From Candidatus Cloacimonadota bacterium (lineage in GTDB: Bacteria; Cloacimonadota; Cloacimonadia; JGIOTU-2): 64,000 bases of DNA. The notes beneath the pieces are model-generated. The model was not told where the DNA came from and made no database searches. It saw nothing but the letters and a program-made list of their open reading frames with translations. The first letter of the stretch is position 1. Each line of letters opens with the position of its first letter. The translations under genes were made by a program, and so were the position numbers. The stretch is from NCBI GenBank assembly GCA_049903315.1, contig JBNGBT010000002.1:288001-352000 (forward strand). The letters run 5' to 3'. Positions 58,146 to 64,000 of this stretch are shown in pieces.

Positions 58146-60194
58146 TTATTTCCAGAGAAGTTTTCCCGTTTTATCGATGCATTGTAATTGTGAAAATTGA
58201 GTTTCGAGAATAAGGGCAACACCGTTTTTAAAATCATTAACCTGGAAGAATTGTGGATCGATGATCGTTTTGCCGGTTTTATCAATATAACCCCAGACAG
58301 AACCCATCTTTACTGCAGCAAGACCTTCAATAAACGATCTCGCATCATCGAATTGGTAGTCGATTACTTTGGTTGCTTTATTATCGATAAAACCCCATTT
58401 GCCACTGTATAGCACAGGTGCCAGTCCCTCTTTGAAATCCCGGACATTTTGATAGCCCGGTAATATCTGCCAAATGCCTTTTTTATCTATGTAACCGCAC
58501 GCATCGCTATCGGTTTGAGCACCAGCGAGTTCTTCTGAAAAGTTCAAAACGCCTTTAAATTTTATTTTAACTGCTACATTTCCTTCACGATCTACAAAAC
58601 CAAATTTTCCGTCTTTTTTTACACGAGCCATACCCTCGATAAAATCATTTGCTTCATAGAATTCTGGCATCATTAATGAATACAAACGTTTACCTTCTTT
58701 ATCTATATAACGCCATTTTCCATCTAATTTTACTGCTGCATAACCCTCCGAAAATTGATGAACATCTTCGTATTGCGGTTCTATGACAATTTTTCCTGTT
58801 TTATCAATGAATCCATATTTATAATTCATTCTTACAGGAGCTAATCCTTCATGAAAATTATTTGATACTTCAAAAACGGGATTAATAACAATTTCACCTT
58901 TTTCATTTAGGAAACCATATTTGTCGTCTATTTCAATAGGAGCTAATCCATCTACAAATTTACTACTCAGAGCGTAATCGAAATATGGTTTGATAACATA
59001 TTCACCTTTTGTGTTGATAAATCCTGATTTTCTATCATCCCATGTAGCAGCTAATCCCTCGGAGAAACTTCTTACATCATTGAATTGAGGAGAGATTACT
59101 ATTTCACCTTTTTTGTTAATAAAGCCCCACTTGCCATTCATTTGTATCGCACATAAATTTTCAGAAAAGTATAGAACAAGATCAAATTGCGGTTCTATGA
59201 CGATCTTACCTTTTTTATTTACAAATCCCCAGAGATTGTCTATCTCAATACTGGCTATGCCATCCTGGAATGAACTGGCGTTTTCAAATTGAGAATCGAT
59301 GACGAATTTACCTTTTTTATTTATGTATCCATATTGAGAATTGATCTTTGCTGGTGCCAATCCTTCGCTAAATCTTCCAACACTCTCAAATTGAGATTTG
59401 ATAATTTCATTACCTTTTTTGTCGATAAATCCCCATGCATCTCCAATTTTCACTCCAACTAATCCTTCGCTAAATGACCAGCTTGCATATTTATATTGAG
59501 GATGGATTACATCATTACCATCGTTATCTATAAAACCCCAATTGTCGTTGTATTCAACTGCTGCTAAACCTTCTGAAAAATCCATTGTTAAATCATAATC
59601 GGTTGGACCAATGACAATATTGCCTTGTTTATCGATGTAGCCCTTTTGATCATCAACTACAATTTGAGCACGATCTTCATAAAAATTGTACGCTAAGTTA
59701 AATTTTGGTTCGATAACGACCGCACCATTTTTGTCGATATAACCCATACGATGCACACCATCACAGTCTAACGACCGGAACTGAACTGCTGCGAGCCCAT
59801 CTTTGAAATTGTTACATGATGTAAATCTTGGGAATATTACGAATTTACCGGTTTTGTCGATGTAACCGGCATTATTAGAGAAAATGACGCATGCTAATCC
59901 TTCGCTAAATCCTGGAGGTTTTGTATAGAATAGTGGTTCAACTATCATGTCACCCTTTTCATCAATGAATCCCCAGTAAGATCCAACTTTGACAACTGCC
60001 TTACCCTCCATAAAGAAGTCGATTTCATCAAATTGAGGGGATATGATAACATCTCCTTGTGCATTCATGTAACCCCATTTTGATCCTTCACGATAGGGGA
60101 GTAAATTACTTGTTTCTGCTAAGCAAAACGAATTTGCTATGAATAGGAAGTAAATGCTAAGCAATGCTAGATTGAGCATTAATTTACGAGCCAT
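58146..60194 (-). CDS. WG-repeat (KWG-type) secreted protein
   Basis: Many FSEGLA...WGFI(D/N)K.G..VI.PQF repeats; start ATG 60194 after AAGGAG. Confidence 0.9.
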   Translation of the reverse strand: MARKLMLNLALLSIYFLFIANSFCLAETSNLLPYREGSKWGYMNAQGDVIISPQFDEIDFFMEGKAVVKVGSYWGFIDEKGDMIVEPLFYTKPPGFSEGLACVIFSNNAGYIDKTGKFVIFPRFTSCNNFKDGLAAVQFRSLDCDGVHRMGYIDKNGAVVIEPKFNLAYNFYEDRAQIVVDDQKGYIDKQGNIVIGPTDYDLTMDFSEGLAAVEYNDNWGFIDNDGNDVIHPQYKYASWSFSEGLVGVKIGDAWGFIDKKGNEIIKSQFESVGRFSEGLAPAKINSQYGYINKKGKFVIDSQFENASSFQDGIASIEIDNLWGFVNKKGKIVIEPQFDLVLYFSENLCAIQMNGKWGFINKKGEIVISPQFNDVRSFSEGLAATWDDRKSGFINTKGEYVIKPYFDYALSSKFVDGLAPIEIDDKYGFLNEKGEIVINPVFEVSNNFHEGLAPVRMNYKYGFIDKTGKIVIEPQYEDVHQFSEGYAAVKLDGKWRYIDKEGKRLYSLMMPEFYEANDFIEGMARVKKDGKFGFVDREGNVAVKIKFKGVLNFSEELAGAQTDSDACGYIDKKGIWQILPGYQNVRDFKEGLAPVLYSGKWGFIDNKATKVIDYQFDDARSFIEGLAAVKMGSVWGYIDKTGKTIIDPQFFQVNDFKNGVALILETQFSQLQCIDKTGKLLWK

Positions 60195-60301
60195 GGATAA
60201 TCTCCTTTCAGTTAAAAAAGTTGATATAGCTATACTCATTTTGATATTTAACAAATATGCGATAGATTTACGTCAAGAAATTGGATAATGGAAACTGTGT
60301 C

Positions 60302-60949
60302 TTATTTTTTCGGTAAAACACTTCCTTGCCAGAGCATGATAACGAAAAATATACTTACAATTCCAAACAGCCAGGTAAGATCAACTTCCATGGTTTGGAT
60401 TGATGAAAATATGAAAAGATAAAGTACTGTGAAAATAATACAGGCAATTGCAAAGAAATTACTAAGTTTTTTGCCAAGAGCATCATCTCTGAATTTCTTT
60501 GCCCTGAATGCGTTGATAACGATGAAAACGATGGAAATAACAAAGCACAGGATCAGGGCATAGACAAAGTTTTCATCGTAGGTTCCCCATCCTTCGAGAA
60601 ATACAATCGGTGATTTGCCGATCATAATGATTGCCACGATCCATGGAATGAGTAAAATCGCAGAAATGATCTTCACTCCAATTTGACGTTTTTCTGTAGG
60701 AAGCAACTGATACATAAGCAAAAGCATGAAAGGAATTTCAAAATAGAATCCTATGCTTGCAATACGACGGGCAATTTCATAGCCCAACCAGCCACTCCAG
60801 AGAAAGAGGTCGCCAATATGATAGACAAGCAAACTTAATGTAATAAGAATGATTGCCGAGTTCTCTTTGGATTTCTCCTTTTTAATAAGGAAATATACAA
60901 AGAAGATTACCAGAATAATTACTGCTATTAATGGTACAATCCATTCCAT
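60302..60949 (-). CDS. Stand-alone multi-pass (about 7 TM) membrane protein
   Basis: GGAGG upstream of ATG 60949 (MEWIVPLI); about seven hydrophobic segments and no soluble domain. Confidence 0.7.
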   Translation of the reverse strand: MEWIVPLIAVIILVIFFVYFLIKKEKSKENSAIILITLSLLVYHIGDLFLWSGWLGYEIARRIASIGFYFEIPFMLLLMYQLLPTEKRQIGVKIISAILLIPWIVAIIMIGKSPIVFLEGWGTYDENFVYALILCFVISIVFIVINAFRAKKFRDDALGKKLSNFFAIACIIFTVLYLFIFSSIQTMEVDLTWLFGIVSIFFVIMLWQGSVLPKK

Positions 60950-61017
60950 TTTAATCCTCCGTACGCTTTTTTTTCTCGTTTCCAATACGGCTATGGAAAC
61001 ATTTATTATTTAATAGA

Positions 61018-63276
61018 TCAATTAACATTGAAATATTTATATACCGCCTTTATACCGTCGACAAAAGCTGCTGGAAATGTGCTAAAGTGAGTTTGTCCTC
61101 GAAGTATTTCTAATTTCATGTCCAAATATTTATAATTTCTTTCTTTGAGTGTATCAATAAGTTTGATAGTTCCATTTTTCACTCCCCAGCTATCCATCTC
61201 GCCATAGGACAAAAACAATTTAATATCCAATACATTATTTGCATCAGCGAATTCCTGTTCATATGTCATGGCAATTTCTTCGTCCCACCAGAGAGAGGGA
61301 CTTATTAACACATACCTATTAAAAAGTTCGGGATTTTTGAAAAGAACATACGTTCCAAAGAGTCCACCCAAAGAATATCCAACAATAGTTCTTTCATTTT
61401 CTGATATTCGGTAATTAGTTTCTATCAGATGGAACACATCGTTTTCGATGAATTCCATAAATTCTTGAGCACCGCCACCACCAGGGTAAGCTTTGTAATC
61501 CAATCTTTCGGTAGGACACATATCCCGGATCCTCTTTGCATACCAATCATCAAAGGTTTGGTTATATGATATACCTACTATTATACATTCAGGTACTTCT
61601 TGTGCAAATCCCATCATGAACATAGATTCTACTACGATTCCAAATTGATAGTCGGCATCTAAAAGGAAAATTGCAGGATACGTTTTATTCGTTTTATAAT
61701 AATCTGGAGGTAATGATACAAATAAACTGTATTCTTCGTCTATAACATCAGATCGTAATTTTAGTAATTCTGTATTTTTTAATGTGATTTCAGAAAGAAC
61801 AATTGTCTCTTCTTCCGGAATATATTCTTCATAGTATTCATTTCCGTCTTCATCAATATAAAACGAGATACTGTTTAGTTCTACTTTTGCCAAACCATTG
61901 TTAAAACCGCATAATGCATTATCGAATTTCAACGGACATATCTCCTTATAATCGCTATTCACAAAAGTAATTTTCTTATCTGACCCAATACCTACAGCAA
62001 CATAAACAGGTCCATTCTCAAATGGATTTTCATTAACCTTTAGGAACTTCTCATACATCGGCCCATAGTCATACTTCGGTTTAATATGATATTCTCCATC
62101 CTTGTTTATGAATCCCCATTTTCCATCTTTTTCAACTGCTGCTCCTCCTTGAGAGAATGGAAATACACGATCATAAATAAATTGAGTAATAGGTTTTCCT
62201 GATGTGTTAATAAATCCATAATGTCCATCAGATTTTACTCTTGCAAAACCTTCCGAGAATGTGCCAGCCATATCATAAGTATGAGGAATGACAATATTTC
62301 CTTTTGTATTTATGTATCGGTAATTGCCATCAACTAATATCACGGCAAGATCTTCTTTAAAAGGACTTGCTGATTCATAAATAAAAGGGATGGTTATATT
62401 TGCTTGTTTATCAAGGAAACCATATTTACCATTCAGAACCGCACTTGTATATCCTTCTGAAAAAGGATGAATATAATCATAAATGATTGGTATTATTTCT
62501 TTTCCTTTTATATTGATAATTCCATATTTATCATCTTTTTTAACCACAGCATATCCATTTTGAAAGTCTGCTGCATTTTGGTAAATAGCTGGAATAACAA
62601 ACTTTCCTTCAGAATTTATATATCCATATTTATTATTTTGCTGTGCACTCGCAACTCCTTCTGAAAAATTTCCACAAAAACTAATATCATCAGTAGTTGT
62701 TGGTTCCCCTTTTGAATTCATCGAAGCATATATTGTATCAGTTTCTGAGTTTTTATAATAAATCAAGGTATTGTTAAAATATTTTAAATCTTGGAATTCA
62801 AAATCAGTTATTTGATTGCCATTGTGTTCAAATAATGCAAACATTTTTAATGAATCGTCACGGACAAATATAACGTTTTCATAAATCTGTATTTCATCAT
62901 TATAATAGCAGTCATATTCACAGGGTACGATTTCTTCTCCTCGAATATTAATAACACCATACTTCTCATTTTTTTTTACTTTTGCCAAATCATATATAAA
63001 GTCTTGGATATTATTATATTTAAAGGGTATTACAATATCGTCATTTTTGTCGATAAGTCCATATTTATCAAATATCTTAACAACGGCAATTCCATTATTA
63101 AAGGGTTGAACTTCGTCATAAATTGGCTTTATAATCAATTCCTTATTCTTATTTATAAATCCCATTTTAGCACCAATTCTATAAGGGATAAGTTCAGGTG
63201 TTTGAGCAAAGCATAAAGAATATATTATGATAAATACAATAAGAGCAAATTCGATAATTATTTTACTTTTTTTCAT
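61018..63276 (-). CDS. WG-repeat protein fused to an alpha/beta-hydrolase (IroE/BesA-like esterase)
   Basis: N-terminal WG repeats; C-terminal SLPPDY...YPAIFLLDAD, GYSLGG nucleophile elbow, SPSLWW and QTH. Confidence 0.88.
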   Translation of the reverse strand: MKKSKIIIEFALIVFIIIYSLCFAQTPELIPYRIGAKMGFINKNKELIIKPIYDEVQPFNNGIAVVKIFDKYGLIDKNDDIVIPFKYNNIQDFIYDLAKVKKNEKYGVINIRGEEIVPCEYDCYYNDEIQIYENVIFVRDDSLKMFALFEHNGNQITDFEFQDLKYFNNTLIYYKNSETDTIYASMNSKGEPTTTDDISFCGNFSEGVASAQQNNKYGYINSEGKFVIPAIYQNAADFQNGYAVVKKDDKYGIINIKGKEIIPIIYDYIHPFSEGYTSAVLNGKYGFLDKQANITIPFIYESASPFKEDLAVILVDGNYRYINTKGNIVIPHTYDMAGTFSEGFARVKSDGHYGFINTSGKPITQFIYDRVFPFSQGGAAVEKDGKWGFINKDGEYHIKPKYDYGPMYEKFLKVNENPFENGPVYVAVGIGSDKKITFVNSDYKEICPLKFDNALCGFNNGLAKVELNSISFYIDEDGNEYYEEYIPEEETIVLSEITLKNTELLKLRSDVIDEEYSLFVSLPPDYYKTNKTYPAIFLLDADYQFGIVVESMFMMGFAQEVPECIIVGISYNQTFDDWYAKRIRDMCPTERLDYKAYPGGGGAQEFMEFIENDVFHLIETNYRISENERTIVGYSLGGLFGTYVLFKNPELFNRYVLISPSLWWDEEIAMTYEQEFADANNVLDIKLFLSYGEMDSWGVKNGTIKLIDTLKERNYKYLDMKLEILRGQTHFSTFPAAFVDGIKAVYKYFNVN

Positions 63277-63548
63277 TGAAACCTCCAGATTTCATTAATA
63301 ATAAATTTATTAACTATTATTGAAGAGGATCAAATCGTTGTTCAGAAGTATTACAATTTTTCCTTCCGCTTCATTACAAAGACAGACTCACTTGGTAAGA
63401 CTAACTTTTTTATCTAAAATACAAATATCTTTGTCAAATTATTTGTTTTATTATGCATTTTTCATTTTTTATTAATGCAAATTTCAAACTCGTTAATGCT
63501 CATTAACATTGACATCGAAGATCATAACTTGATGTCCAAGTTCATACT

Positions 63549-64000
63549 ATGGAAAATAAAAAAAGATACATTGCACTTGCTCTCTTTTCGGGAGGACTGG
63601 ACAGTCTTCTCGCAGTGAAGCTGGTCGAGCAGCAGGGAATAAAAGTCATTCCAGTATGCTTCGAGTCTCCCTTTTTTTCCTGTAAAAAAGCAATACGGGC
63701 TGGCAAACAAAACAATATTTTCGTAAATGTCATCAAGCTTGAGCAGGACTATCTTGATATGATACATGAACCCAAGCATGGGTACGGGAAAAATATGAAT
63801 CCATGTATAGACTGCCATGCGTTTATGTATAAGAAACTTGGAGATATGATGAGCAAGTTCAGAGCTGATTTTCTTATCTCAGGAGAAGTGCTCGGACAGC
63901 GTCCCATGTCACAGCATTTGAACGGATTGAATGCAGTAGCCAAATGGAGCGGTTATAAAGACCTGATCGTACGTCCTCTTTCTCAAAAGTTGTTGCCAGA
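63549..64000 (+). CDS. 3'-truncated PP-loop tRNA thiolation-type enzyme (ThiI/MnmA-like), absent from the ORF track
   Basis: Manual translation: MENKKRYIALALFSGGLDSLLA...GYGKNMNPCIDCH...ISGEVLGQRPMSQ...RPLSQKLLP, open to the window edge. Confidence 0.88.
   Translation, partial: MENKKRYIALALFSGGLDSLLAVKLVEQQGIKVIPVCFESPFFSCKKAIRAGKQNNIFVNVIKLEQDYLDMIHEPKHGYGKNMNPCIDCHAFMYKKLGDMMSKFRADFLISGEVLGQRPMSQHLNGLNAVAKWSGYKDLIVRPLSQKLLP

Noticed and set aside
56800..63276. WG repeats as a DNA repeat array
   Set aside because: The periodicity is at protein level with degenerate codons.
63522..63943. Three short minus-strand ORFs at the right edge
   Set aside because: Antisense to the PP-loop enzyme gene starting at 63549.

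Overview
AT-rich bacterial chromosomal window. The many signal-peptide proteins ending in a T9SS/FlgD-like C-terminal sorting domain (CTD), plus the bat and pgs operons, suggest an FCB-group organism, possibly Cloacimonadota (inference only). Contents left to right: (1) secreted CTD proteins (two M14 carboxypeptidases, a C25 gingipain-like protease, a repeat protein) and an aminotransferase; (2) a PAS kinase / pseudo-receiver / NtrC-type sigma54 activator module; (3) a secreted CTD gene split by one in-frame TGA; (4) tRNA-Glu(CTC) and two nuclease-fold genes boxed by three REPIN-like palindromic elements; (5) ndk, beta-carbonic anhydrase, three acyl-CoA ligases, an OFA transporter, a phosphate acyltransferase, rpiB and glyA; (6) a degenerate Bpu10I-like gene and the moxR-batABCDE operon; (7) a poly-gamma-glutamate operon interrupted by an inverted-repeat-flanked four-helix-bundle gene; (8) more CTD proteins, a NYN protein, three WG-repeat proteins and a partial PP-loop tRNA thiolase. 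The strongest novel signal is at 19393-21399. Two ORFs join in frame through C-V-G-(TGA), followed by a hairpin matching the bacterial SECIS pattern, which predicts a secreted CxxU selenoprotein. Next are the REPIN-bounded DUF559/PD-(D/E)xK cassette array (21591-23529) and an unannotated, strand-specific structured RNA candidate (52430-52623). All family assignments come from motif recognition by eye; no searches were run.
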